In this document: in pieces, positions 27,666-36,531 of the stretch
Layout: every line of letters starts with the position of its first letter
How positions within the stretch are numbered: the first letter of the stretch is position 1
NCBI GenBank assembly: GCA_039931975.1
Contig: JBDTQW010000004.1
Location: forward strand, 1-56,210
Direction of reading: 5' to 3'
DNA length: 56,210 nucleotides
From: Chloroflexota bacterium
GTDB taxonomy: Bacteria; Chloroflexota; Limnocylindria; Limnocylindrales; CSP1-4
The notes under the pieces: generated by a model
What the model was told of the DNA's origin: nothing
The model's database searches: none
The model's input: only the letters and a program-made list of their open reading frames with translations
Translations under genes and position numbers: made by a program

Positions 27666-28013
27666 ATGATTGTCCGGACGTGGCGTGGCGCGACCCGGGC
27701 AACCGACGCTGACGCCTACGTCGAACACCTCATGAAGACCGGGATCCCCGAGTACGAGGCGACCACCGGGAACCGCGGGACGCTCCTGCTCCACCGGGCC
27801 GTCGGCGATCGCGAGGAGTTCCTGATCCTGTCCTGGTGGGACTCGCTCGACGCCATCCACGGCTTTGCCGGCGACGACATCGCAAGTGCGGTCTTCTACC
27901 CGGAGGACGAGCGCTATCTGGTCGAGCGCGACCTCGAGGCGCACCACTGGGAAGTCGGTTACGCGAGCGTCGGCCGGCCGACGATTCCCGACGACCTCGT
28001 CTCCGGCGGCTGA
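27666..28013 (+). CDS. Antibiotic biosynthesis monooxygenase-like (dimeric alpha-beta barrel) protein
   Basis: MIVRTWRG...YVEHL..TG...GNRG...EFLILSWWDSLDAIHGFAGDDIASAVFYPEDERYL. GGAGGG SD. Confidence 0.8.
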   Translation: MIVRTWRGATRATDADAYVEHLMKTGIPEYEATTGNRGTLLLHRAVGDREEFLILSWWDSLDAIHGFAGDDIASAVFYPEDERYLVERDLEAHHWEVGYASVGRPTIPDDLVSGG

Positions 28014-28022
28014 CCGAAGCCG

Positions 28023-29306
28023 TCAGGCCGGTGTCGGCTCGGCGGTCTCGACGGTCGTCGGCAGCGAGTCGAGCAGGGGATCGGTCCACGTCCAGGCGGC
28101 GCCGTGGTGGCGTCCGACGGCGCCGTGGCGGGCGGCCTCGACCCGCAGCGGCAGCCCGAAGATCTCGATGAACCCGACCGCGGCGGCATGGTCGAACGCG
28201 TCGCCCTCGTCGTAGGTCGCGAGGCTCTTGTCGTAGAGCGACAGAGGTGAGCGCCGCCCGACCACGATGGCCGAGCCATGGTCGAGCCTGATTCGGGCAT
28301 CTCCGCTGACCACTCGCTGGGAAGAGGCCACGTAGCCCCGCAGGTCGCGGTGGAGGGCGCTGAACCATAGTCCGTCGTACGTCAGCCGGGCCAGCTCGTC
28401 CGCGACCAGCCCGTCGAACCGGAGGGTGTCCTTGGACAGGGTCAGGCTCTCGAGTGCGCGATGCGCCGCGTGCAGGATCGTGGCCGCCGGGGCCTCGTAG
28501 ATCTCGCGGCTCTTGATCCCGACCAGGCGGTCTTCGACATGGTCGATCCGGCCGACGCCGTGGGCGCCACCGAGGGCATGGAGTCGGTCGATGAGCGCGA
28601 CCGGGTCGAGCCGCTCGTCGTCGACCGAGACGGGCACCCCGCCCTCGAAGCCGATGACGATCTCGACAGGGGCGGGAGCCGCGCTCGGCTCGACCGTCCA
28701 CTCGTAGGCGTCGGGCGGCGGGGCGACCCACGGGTCCTCGAGCACGCCGGTCTCGCATGATCGGCCCCACAGGTTGACGTCGATCGAGTAGGGCGAGCTC
28801 TTGGTGATCGGGATCTCGATCCCCCGGGCGTTGGCGTAGTCGATCTCCTGGTCGCGCGACAGGCCCATCCCGACCCGCATCGGGGCGACGACCTCGAGGC
28901 CCGGGTTCAGCGCGTGGACGGCCACGTCGAAGCGGACCTGGTCGTTGCCCTTGCCGGTGCACCCGTGCGCGACGGCATCGGCGCCCTCACGCGCCGCGAC
29001 CTCGACCAGGAGCTGGGCGATCAGCGGCCGCGCCAGGGCCGTCGCCAGCGGATAGGCGCCCTGGTATAGCGCATTGGCCTGGAGATGCGGCCAGACGAAA
29101 TCAGTCACGAAGCGCTCGCGGGCGTCGACGACGTAGGCCCTGGTCGCCCCGGCGCTCATTGCCCGGCGCTCGACGCCCTGCCGGAGCGAGCCGCCGCCAA
29201 CGTCCACGGTGAGGGTCACCACCTCGACACTGAACTGTTCCTTGAGCCACGCAACGGCGACCGACGTGTCGAGCCCGCCCGAGTACGCGAGGACGACTTT
29301 GTTCAT
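28023..29306 (-). CDS. argG: Argininosuccinate synthase
   Basis: VVLAYSGGLDTS, ALARPLIA, HGCTGKGNDQVRF, YSIDVNLWGRSCE, EDRLVGIKSREIYEAP. Confidence 0.97.
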   Translation of the reverse strand: MNKVVLAYSGGLDTSVAVAWLKEQFSVEVVTLTVDVGGGSLRQGVERRAMSAGATRAYVVDARERFVTDFVWPHLQANALYQGAYPLATALARPLIAQLLVEVAAREGADAVAHGCTGKGNDQVRFDVAVHALNPGLEVVAPMRVGMGLSRDQEIDYANARGIEIPITKSSPYSIDVNLWGRSCETGVLEDPWVAPPPDAYEWTVEPSAAPAPVEIVIGFEGGVPVSVDDERLDPVALIDRLHALGGAHGVGRIDHVEDRLVGIKSREIYEAPAATILHAAHRALESLTLSKDTLRFDGLVADELARLTYDGLWFSALHRDLRGYVASSQRVVSGDARIRLDHGSAIVVGRRSPLSLYDKSLATYDEGDAFDHAAAVGFIEIFGLPLRVEAARHGAVGRHHGAAWTWTDPLLDSLPTTVETAEPTPA

Positions 29307-29812
29307 GTGCGAGCCTCCGGGCCGGCCGTGGCCAATGCCTCGATCGCCCGGAACCGATCGAGCCAGCGCTCGAGCCGGTCCTCGTCGGCGAACAGGACGA
29401 GGAGGGTATTGTCCCCCGCGAGGGTGCCCTCCTGCTCGGTCAGCGACGAGTCGTCGATCGCCTGGGCGATCGTCGAGGCGGTGCCGGGGGTGGCCACCAG
29501 GAGCACGATCAGCCCGCTCCGCCCGATCGTGACCGGGATGTCGCCAAGGATGCGCCGCAGTCGCTCGTCGGAACGCGGTGGCGGGACGGCGAGGTCCTCC
29601 GGCGCGACGTAGACGTGGCGGTTGCCCCGCGGGATCTTGACCAGGCCCAGCTCGGCCACGTCGCGCGAGACGGTCGCCTGGGTCACCGTGTAACCCCGCC
29701 GGCCGAGCTGCGTGGCGAGCTCGCCCTGGCTGCCGATCGGCATCCGGGTGATGAGCTCGCGGATCGCCCGCTGGCGATCGACCCGGGTGCCCGCCGTCGT
29801 TCCGTTGCGCAT
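29303..29812 (-). CDS. argR: Arginine repressor
   Basis: C-terminal part of track ORF 29303..30640: RQRAIRELI...SQGEL...VTQATVSRDVAELGLVK...GTLAGDNTLLV. ATG 29812 with GGAGG SD. Confidence 0.94.
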   Translation of the reverse strand: MRNGTTAGTRVDRQRAIRELITRMPIGSQGELATQLGRRGYTVTQATVSRDVAELGLVKIPRGNRHVYVAPEDLAVPPPRSDERLRRILGDIPVTIGRSGLIVLLVATPGTASTIAQAIDDSSLTEQEGTLAGDNTLLVLFADEDRLERWLDRFRAIEALATAGPEART

Positions 29813-29823
29813 CGTCGGCCTCC

Positions 29824-30612
29824 TCAGGCTGCCCCGACCCGGGGCGAGCGGCTCGCGGTCAGGCGAGTCCCGAAGGTTGGGTCGTCCAGGGCGCGGGCCA
29901 GCGCGTCGGGCGCCGACGCGTCGGCGATGATCGCCTCGGCTCCCTCCCAGTCGAGGGCGAGCAGGGCCGCCCGGATCTTGGGGACCATGCCGCCGCCGAT
30001 CGTGCCGGCCTCGATCAGCGCCTCGGCCTCGCCCGCGGTCAGGCTGTCGAGCCGCTGCCCGTCGGCGTCGCGGACTCCGTCCACGTCCGTCAGCAGGACC
30101 AGCTGGCGGGCGCCCAGGCCGGCCGCGATGCCGGCCGCCACGTCGTCGGCGTTGACGTTGCAGACGATCCCGTCCTCGTCCCTGGCCAGCGGGGCGACGA
30201 CCGGAACCTGGCCGCCGACAAGCAAGGAGTCGAGCAGGTCCCGCCGCAGTCCGACGACGTGGGCAACGAGACCCATCCCGGGCACCCGTTCGGCGATGAG
30301 CATGCCGCCGTCCACGCCGGACAAGCCGACCGCGTCCACCCCGAGGTCGCGCAGCCCGGCCACCAGCTCGCTGTTGACGACGCCCCGCAGGACGGCTGCA
30401 GCGACCTCGAGCGCCGCCGCATCGGTCACTCGCAGGCCACCCTCGAACGTCGACGGCACGCCCAGTCGGTCGAGCCACTCGCTGATCCGCTTGCCACCGC
30501 CGTGGACGAGCACGACCGGGCGCGTGCGGGCCACGCTGGCGACCTCGCTCAGCACCTGGGCCTGGTCGGCGATCGTCGTGCCGCCCAATTTGATGACCAG
30601 GATCTCGCTCAT
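29824..30612 (-). CDS. argB: Acetylglutamate kinase
   Basis: VIKLGG, VHGGG, GLRVTD, GLSGVDG, NVNADDVA, LLTDVDGV, GGMVPKI. Confidence 0.95.
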   Translation of the reverse strand: MSEILVIKLGGTTIADQAQVLSEVASVARTRPVVLVHGGGKRISEWLDRLGVPSTFEGGLRVTDAAALEVAAAVLRGVVNSELVAGLRDLGVDAVGLSGVDGGMLIAERVPGMGLVAHVVGLRRDLLDSLLVGGQVPVVAPLARDEDGIVCNVNADDVAAGIAAGLGARQLVLLTDVDGVRDADGQRLDSLTAGEAEALIEAGTIGGGMVPKIRAALLALDWEGAEAIIADASAPDALARALDDPTFGTRLTASRSPRVGAA

Positions 30613-30661
30613 CGGTCGGCTCGCCGAGAAGGCAGCACACCGCCGGCCGCCACGAATCCGT

Positions 30662-32065
30662 TCACGTGGTGTACTCCGAGTTCTCGATCACGTAGGCCTC
30701 GGTCAGGTCGCAGCCGAACGCCTCGCCAGAGCCCTGCCCAAGACCCAGGTCGAGCCGGATCAGCACCTCGGGCGCGTCCATGGCCGTCCGCGCCGCCTCA
30801 CGGTCGAAGTCGACCGGACCGCCCATGTTGCCGTCGAATACGAGCTGGCCGGCGATGGCGATCCGTAGCCGATCGGGATCGAGGCCGACCGGCTGGCCGG
30901 CGAGCCGCGTGGCATCGGTCTCTTCCATGCCGCTTGCCTCGAGCACCGGTCGGTCGGCGAGGCGGGCGTTCCCGGCGGCGCCAGCGATCCGACCCCAGTT
31001 CGGATCACGCCCATGGGCGGCGGCCTTGACGAGGCTGCTCGAGACGACCGCGCGCGCGACGGCTCGCGCCTCGGCATCGTAGGACGCGCCGGACACCTGG
31101 CAGGTCACCAGGGTGGTGGCGCCCTCGCCGTCGGCGGCCTGCTGCCGGGCGAGGTCGCGAGCGACGGCCTCGAGGGCACCGCCGAATGCGGCCGCTGCCT
31201 CGCTGTCGGCCGCGAGGGGCGCGGTCCCGGCGGCCCCTGAAGCGAGCACGAACACGGTGTCGTTGGTGCTGGTGTCGCCGTCGACGCTCAGCTGGTCCCA
31301 GGTGCGAGCGGCCGCTGGGCGGAGCAGCCCGAGAAGGACCGTCGGCTCGACGTTCGCATCGGTCAGCACGACGGCCAGCATCGTGGCCATCCGCGGATGG
31401 ATCATCCCGACGCCCTTGGCGATCCCCGTGACGCGAACGGCCACCGGCTCGGCGTCGAGTCCGGGGAGGGTCAGGGCAACGGTCGCGATCTTGGTCGTCG
31501 AGTCGGTCGTCCGGAGGGCGACCGCGGCTGCCTCGAGCGCCTCGTCGGTGGCCGCGACCCCGGATGCCCAGAGCTCGCGCAGTCCGGCCCGCACCTTGTC
31601 GAGCGGCAGTCGCGTGCCGATCAGTCCCGTGGAGAGGAGGAGTGTCGAGGCGACGGGAATGCCCACGGTATTCGCCAGCTCGTTCGCGATCTCGAGCTGG
31701 TCCTCTTCGCCGGCCGCGCCCGTGGCCGCATTCGCGGAACCGCTCGTGGCGATGATCGCCCGCGCCCAGCCGGAGCGGCCGTCGCCGACCGGCGAGACGC
31801 TCGCGGCGAGGTGAGCCTGGGACAGCTTGACCGGCGCGGCGGCGAACGCGTTGCGCGTGAACACGGCGGCGGCCGCGGCCGGCTCGCCCGTCGTCACGAT
31901 GACGGCCAGGTCCGGCCGCCCGGAGGCCTTGATCCCCGCCGTCGTGGCGCCCGCGGCGAGCCCGGCGGCGATCGTCGCCCGGCGTTCGACAGTCGGGAGC
32001 TCGGACGGCAATGGCCCGAGCAAAGGATCGCTGCCGGCGGGGGCCGACGGGACGGCGCTGCTCAT
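30662..32065 (-). CDS. argJ: Ornithine acetyltransferase / N-acetylglutamate synthase
   Basis: AGIKASGRPDL, SGSANAATG, STGLIG, TTD, AKGVGMIHPRMATML, DGDTSTND, DGEGAT, DPNWGRI, ENSEYTT. Start ATG 32065 overlaps the argC stop. Confidence 0.95.
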   Translation of the reverse strand: MSSAVPSAPAGSDPLLGPLPSELPTVERRATIAAGLAAGATTAGIKASGRPDLAVIVTTGEPAAAAAVFTRNAFAAAPVKLSQAHLAASVSPVGDGRSGWARAIIATSGSANAATGAAGEEDQLEIANELANTVGIPVASTLLLSTGLIGTRLPLDKVRAGLRELWASGVAATDEALEAAAVALRTTDSTTKIATVALTLPGLDAEPVAVRVTGIAKGVGMIHPRMATMLAVVLTDANVEPTVLLGLLRPAAARTWDQLSVDGDTSTNDTVFVLASGAAGTAPLAADSEAAAAFGGALEAVARDLARQQAADGEGATTLVTCQVSGASYDAEARAVARAVVSSSLVKAAAHGRDPNWGRIAGAAGNARLADRPVLEASGMEETDATRLAGQPVGLDPDRLRIAIAGQLVFDGNMGGPVDFDREAARTAMDAPEVLIRLDLGLGQGSGEAFGCDLTEAYVIENSEYTT

Positions 32066-33174
32066 GGGGCGAGGGGATGCTGCTCGAGCCCGAGCGTCTC
32101 GGGCAGCCCGTGGACGACGTTGAATGCCTGGATCGCCTGGCCCGCTGCGCCCTTGACCAGATTGTCGATGACCCCGATCGCGAGGATCCGGCCGGTCCGC
32201 TCGTCGAGCCGGACGTGGACCCGGGCGAGATTGCTGCCGTGGACGTGGCGAGTGGCGGGTGAGCCGGCGACCAGGTCCACGAACGGCTCGTCCGCGTAGG
32301 CGTCCTCGTAGAGCGCCTCGAGCTCGCTCGCGTCGACCCGGCGGCTCGGCCGGACATGGCAGGTCGACAGGATCCCTCGGTTCATCGGCACCAGGTGGGG
32401 CACGAAGTCGACCGCCGTGGCGCCGGCGTTGGCGCCCGGCGGCAGGCCGGCCGCCTCGGCGACTCCGCCCAGCTCCTGCTCGATCTCGGCGACGTGGCGA
32501 TGGCCGTCGAGGCCGTAGGCCCGGACGCTCTCGTTGACCTCGCCGAACTGGAGGTCCGGCTTGGGCTCCCGGCCGGCGCCGGAGACCCCGCTCTTCGCGT
32601 CGACCACGAGGTCGCCGATGAGTCCGGCCCGGGCCAGCGGCGCCAGGGCGAGCAGGGTCGCCGTCGGATAGCAGCCGGGTGCGCCGACGATCCGGACCTG
32701 CGCACCGCGAAGCCCTTGAAGCTCGGCACGGTGGAGCTCGGGCAGGCCGTAGACCGCCAGGTCGAGCAGCTCTGGGTGCGGGTGGGCGAAGCCGTACCAG
32801 CGGGGGTAGTCGGCCGGGTCGCGCAGGCGGAAGTCGGGCCCCAGGTCGATCGCGGTCGCGCCACCGTCGACGATCCCGGGGACGAGGTCGGCGGCCGTCC
32901 CATGGGGGAGCGCCAGGAAGACCGCGTCGGCGGTGGGCAGGTCGGCGTCGACGAGATAGGGCGACGCCGCAAGGTGCGGATGGATCGCCCCGATGGGCTC
33001 GTCGTCTCGTCCACGACCCACGAGGCCCACGATCGACACCGCCGGGTGGCGGTCGAGCAAGCGGATGAGCTCCGCCCCGACGTAGCCGGTCGCGCCGATC
33101 ACGGCCACCCGGATCGGGGCCTGGCTGCCAGGGCGGCGTTCCGCCTCGGCCGCCGTCTCCAGGCGCGCGCTCAC
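32062..33174 (-). CDS. argC: N-acetyl-gamma-glutamyl-phosphate reductase
   Basis: GATGYVG, FLALPHG, DFRL, YGLPEL, PGCYPT, SGVSGAGR, HRHVAEI, DNLVKGAAGQA. Confidence 0.96.
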   Translation of the reverse strand: MSARLETAAEAERRPGSQAPIRVAVIGATGYVGAELIRLLDRHPAVSIVGLVGRGRDDEPIGAIHPHLAASPYLVDADLPTADAVFLALPHGTAADLVPGIVDGGATAIDLGPDFRLRDPADYPRWYGFAHPHPELLDLAVYGLPELHRAELQGLRGAQVRIVGAPGCYPTATLLALAPLARAGLIGDLVVDAKSGVSGAGREPKPDLQFGEVNESVRAYGLDGHRHVAEIEQELGGVAEAAGLPPGANAGATAVDFVPHLVPMNRGILSTCHVRPSRRVDASELEALYEDAYADEPFVDLVAGSPATRHVHGSNLARVHVRLDERTGRILAIGVIDNLVKGAAGQAIQAFNVVHGLPETLGLEQHPLAP

Positions 33175-33236
33175 GGGCGCATTCGGCCACTCACTGGAGG
33201 CCGCCTCGTACGGTGGTCGGGGTGGATCGCCGTCAT
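33171..33236 (-). CDS. Candidate leaderless uORF/leader peptide MTAIHPDHRTRRPPVSGRMRP
   Basis: ATG is 9 nt downstream of the TATAGT -10. The TGA stop overlaps the argC GTG (GTGA). Five Arg codons. Confidence 0.45.
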   Translation of the reverse strand: MTAIHPDHRTRRPPVSGRMRP

Positions 33237-33239
33237 GGA

Positions 33240-33274
33240 CGCATGACTATACATTGCGACGCATAGTCATGCAA
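33240..33274 (-). promoter_or_regulatory. arg operon promoter overlapped by two ARG boxes
   Basis: The minus strand reads TTGCAT-N17-TATAGT. Boxes TGCATGACTATGCG (33260-33273) and TGTATAGTCATGCG (33240-33253) match TGCATnnnnATGCA and start 20 bp apart. argR is in the operon. Confidence 0.88.
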
Positions 33275-33294
33275 GAGTCCGATTGGTAGCGCGC

Positions 33295-33789
33295 TCAGCC
33301 CGGGACGATCTCCGGGCGCCGGTATGGACCCGTGACGATCACCTCGGCGGTCTCGTCGAACGGCTTGGGGCCGGTCCCGATCACGTGGTAGGCGTGATGG
33401 ACCTCGGTGGCTCCGGAAGAGAGCATCGCGTTGACCGGGCAGTACTTCGTCGCCGACAGCTCGATGCAGCGCCGGATCGCCGCGGGGCTCACACCGGACC
33501 CTTCGACCTCATGGGTCACCTCGACCAGGGTCAGGACCTGGGGGTACTCGTCGCGCTGGACCGCCCGGACATGGACCTCGTAGCGGACGAACTTCTGGCG
33601 CTTCTTGAGCGCGATCGCCACGACGTCCATCGCGCTGCACGCGGCGAGGGCTACGACGACGATCTCCACCGGGCTCAGCTCCCCGCCGGCGGCGGCATCG
33701 CCGAAGACCGGCGCGCGGCCTGTCCCGGTCACGGCGGCGAAGCGATTGCCGCCTTCGTGGCGCAACACCGCGGTCCGGATCGTGGTCAC
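33295..33789 (-). CDS. OsmC/YhfA family protein
   Basis: SPVEIVVVALAACSAMDV...LKK, IELSATKYCPV (two conserved Cys). Confidence 0.9.
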   Translation of the reverse strand: MTTIRTAVLRHEGGNRFAAVTGTGRAPVFGDAAAGGELSPVEIVVVALAACSAMDVVAIALKKRQKFVRYEVHVRAVQRDEYPQVLTLVEVTHEVEGSGVSPAAIRRCIELSATKYCPVNAMLSSGATEVHHAYHVIGTGPKPFDETAEVIVTGPYRRPEIVPG

Positions 33790-35774
33790 GTGGCGACCAG
33801 CTCGGGGCCAGTCGATTCGAACTGCTCGCGGTAGAGGTTGGCGTACAGCCCGCCCTGGGCCAGCAGCTCGGCGTGGGTGCCCCGCTCGACGATCCTGCCG
33901 CGTTCATACACCAGGATCCGGTCGGCGCGCAGGATGGTCGACAATCGGTGGGCGATGGCGATCGTGGTGCGGCCCTCCATCAGCCGCTCGAGGGCGGCCT
34001 GGATGAGCCGCTCGCTGACGGTGTCGAGGGCCGAGGTCGCCTCGTCGAGGATCAGGATGCGGGGATCCTTGAGCAGGACCCGGGCGATCGCGACCCGCTG
34101 CTTCTCGCCGCCCGAGAGCTTGTAGCCGCGCTCGCCGACCATCGTGTCGTAGCCGTGGGGCAGCTCCAGGATCCGATCGTGGATCGCCGCCGCCGTCGCT
34201 GCGATCTCCAGCTCGGCATCCGTCGCGTCGGGCTTGGCGTAGCGCAGGTTGTCACGGATCGAGGCATGGAACAGGTACGTCTCCTGGGTCACGAAGCCGA
34301 TGACCCGACCGAGCGATTCGAGGGTGATCCTGCGGACATCATGGCCATCGATCTCCACCGCCCCGTCGTCCACGTCGTACAGCCGCGGGATGAGGTAGGT
34401 CGTGGTCGTCTTGCCCGACCCCGAGGGCCCGACCAGCGCGACCAGCTCCCCCGGCGCGGCCTCGAAGTCGATCCCCTCGAGGGCGAACGGCTGGGCGATG
34501 CGCAGCTCGGGCACCGCCAGGGGCGGTCCGGCGCCGATGCCCTCGACCTCGGCCAGGGCCACGGCCGCGTCCGGCCCGAGCTCGGAGGGATCCGTCTCGG
34601 CCTCGGGACCGCCCTCGGGCGCGAGGCGGATCGCCGGCACGGCCGGAGCCGGGTAGCGGAACGACACGTCCCGTAGCCGGACGCTGCCCTGGACGGTCGC
34701 CGCGTCGAGGGCCACAGCGTCGGGCGCATCCACGATCTCCGGGTCTAGGTCGAGGTACTCGAAGATCCGGTCGAACAGGGCCAGCGAGCCCTGGACCTCG
34801 ACCTGCACGTTGAGGAGCGCCCCGAGCGGGAAGAACAGCCGGCTCTGGAGGGTCGTGAAGGCCACGATCGAGCCCGCGCTGGGTGCACCCGCGTCGCCGT
34901 TCGCCGCGAGCGTCCCAGCCAGCCAGTACACGAAGGCCGGGGTGATGCTGAAGATCGTGCCGATGATCATGAAGAACCAGCGCCCGACCATGGCCTGCCG
35001 GATCTGCAGCTTAGCCAGACGCAGGTTGAGCCCCCGGAACCGGTCGACCGCCGCGCTCTGCTGGCCGAAGGTCTTGCTCAGGAGCATGCCGCTGACGCTG
35101 AGCGTCTCCTCGGTCGCCGCGGACAGGTCGGCCAGCGACTTCTGGGTCTCCGAGCTGACCTCGCGGCGGACCTTGCCCACGCGGTAGGTGAGGTACATGA
35201 AGAACGGCAAGACCCCGAGCGACATGACGGTCAGGCGCCAATCGATCAGGAACATGGCGGCGATCGTGCTGATCGCGACCGCGAGATTGCTGGTCAGGTT
35301 CGCGGCCGTGTCGGTGACTACCTGCTGCACGCCGCCGACGTCGTTGGCCAGGCGGCTCTGGATCTCGCCGGTCCGGGTCTCCGTGAAGAACCGCAGCGGC
35401 AGCCTCTGGAGATGGGCGTACAGCGCGTTGCGCAGATCCTGCATCACGTTCTGGCCTACGACGTTGTTGAGGTAGGCCTGGCCCACCCCCAGCAGTCCGG
35501 TCAGGATCGGGATCCCGATCATCAGCCCGACGTACAGGTTCAGGCGCTCGAAGTCGTGTCCGATGATGACCTCGTCGAGCAGCTTGCCGAGGAGGAGCGG
35601 GTTGATCAGCCCGAGCAGGCTCGTGACCAGGATGGCCACCACCACGATCGCGACCTGGGGCCGGTACGGCGCAAAGAACGCGGCGATCCGGCGGATGGTT
35701 CGGGTGCGGCGTTCTTTTGGGATGGGCGGGCCACCCTGACCGGACATTGCGAACGGGCCGCCTCGACCGAACAT
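33786..35774 (-). CDS. ABC exporter, fused TMD-NBD (MsbA/MdlB-like)
   Basis: FFTETRTGEIQSRLANDV, GPSGSGKTT, LSGGEKQR, ILDEATSALD, IAHRLSTI. Start about ATG 35774. Confidence 0.93.
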   Translation of the reverse strand: MFGRGGPFAMSGQGGPPIPKERRTRTIRRIAAFFAPYRPQVAIVVVAILVTSLLGLINPLLLGKLLDEVIIGHDFERLNLYVGLMIGIPILTGLLGVGQAYLNNVVGQNVMQDLRNALYAHLQRLPLRFFTETRTGEIQSRLANDVGGVQQVVTDTAANLTSNLAVAISTIAAMFLIDWRLTVMSLGVLPFFMYLTYRVGKVRREVSSETQKSLADLSAATEETLSVSGMLLSKTFGQQSAAVDRFRGLNLRLAKLQIRQAMVGRWFFMIIGTIFSITPAFVYWLAGTLAANGDAGAPSAGSIVAFTTLQSRLFFPLGALLNVQVEVQGSLALFDRIFEYLDLDPEIVDAPDAVALDAATVQGSVRLRDVSFRYPAPAVPAIRLAPEGGPEAETDPSELGPDAAVALAEVEGIGAGPPLAVPELRIAQPFALEGIDFEAAPGELVALVGPSGSGKTTTTYLIPRLYDVDDGAVEIDGHDVRRITLESLGRVIGFVTQETYLFHASIRDNLRYAKPDATDAELEIAATAAAIHDRILELPHGYDTMVGERGYKLSGGEKQRVAIARVLLKDPRILILDEATSALDTVSERLIQAALERLMEGRTTIAIAHRLSTILRADRILVYERGRIVERGTHAELLAQGGLYANLYREQFESTGPELVAT

Positions 35775-35820
35775 CAGTGGCCGACCGGGCCGCCGCTGAT
35801 GCTGCTCTGCCGCCGGGGCC

Positions 35821-36531
35821 TCACGCTGACTGGCCGGCGGTCGCGGGCGCCGACGCGATGGCGACGATCGTCGAGCGACGTCCCGGGTTGCCCGCCACGA
35901 GCGCGTCGCCGATCCGGCCGATCCATCGGGTGGGACGTCGTCGTCCCCAGGCCTGCCGCAGGTGGCCGACGGTGTGCAGCCGGTTGTCGATGAACCCGGC
36001 CCCTTCGAGCATCCGCCGGATCGTGGTCGGGTCGTTGCAGGCGCCGACGAGCCGATGCGCGTCGGCCGGCGCCGACTTGACCCAGTTCTGGGCGCGGCCA
36101 CGGAGCAAGGAGGGTAGGCCCAAGTAGGCGCGAACGAAGGGGTGACGCCGATTGACTGTGGTCGCAACGAGCCGGCCACCCGGCCGCAGGGCCCGGCGAA
36201 GGTGACCCAGCGCGATGGCCGGGTCGTCGAAATGCTCGAGCGCGAAGTTCATCAGGATGACGTCGAAGGTGCCCGGCTCAAACGGCTCGCTCGCCGCGCA
36301 CAGGTCCACGGTCATGAATTCGTCGAGGTAGGCCAGCGGCTCGCTCGGCTGGTGGACGTCAGCGCCGACGAAGCGCCCGATCCTCGCCCGGAACGGCCGC
36401 AGCGGTGACGCTCGTCCGCAACCCGCGTCGAGGACGACGGCAGACCGCCCGTTCCTGGCCTGGGCCTCGCTGATGGCCTCGTCGAGGGCGATCCTGACCA
36501 GGTCGTAGACGGTCGGCTCGGTCGCGCTCAC
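35821..36531 (-). CDS. Class I SAM-dependent methyltransferase
   Basis: [31 protein letters not shown] 36531 overlaps the trxB stop. Confidence 0.85.
   Translation of the reverse strand: MSATEPTVYDLVRIALDEAISEAQARNGRSAVVLDAGCGRASPLRPFRARIGRFVGADVHQPSEPLAYLDEFMTVDLCAASEPFEPGTFDVILMNFALEHFDDPAIALGHLRRALRPGGRLVATTVNRRHPFVRAYLGLPSLLRGRAQNWVKSAPADAHRLVGACNDPTTIRRMLEGAGFIDNRLHTVGHLRQAWGRRRPTRWIGRIGDALVAGNPGRRSTIVAIASAPATAGQSA

Noticed and set aside
32066-33190. Apparent 842-aa ArgJ fusion, and similarly the 445-aa ArgR
   Set aside because: The extensions are off-frame overlaps of argC and argB. The real starts are 32065 and 29812.
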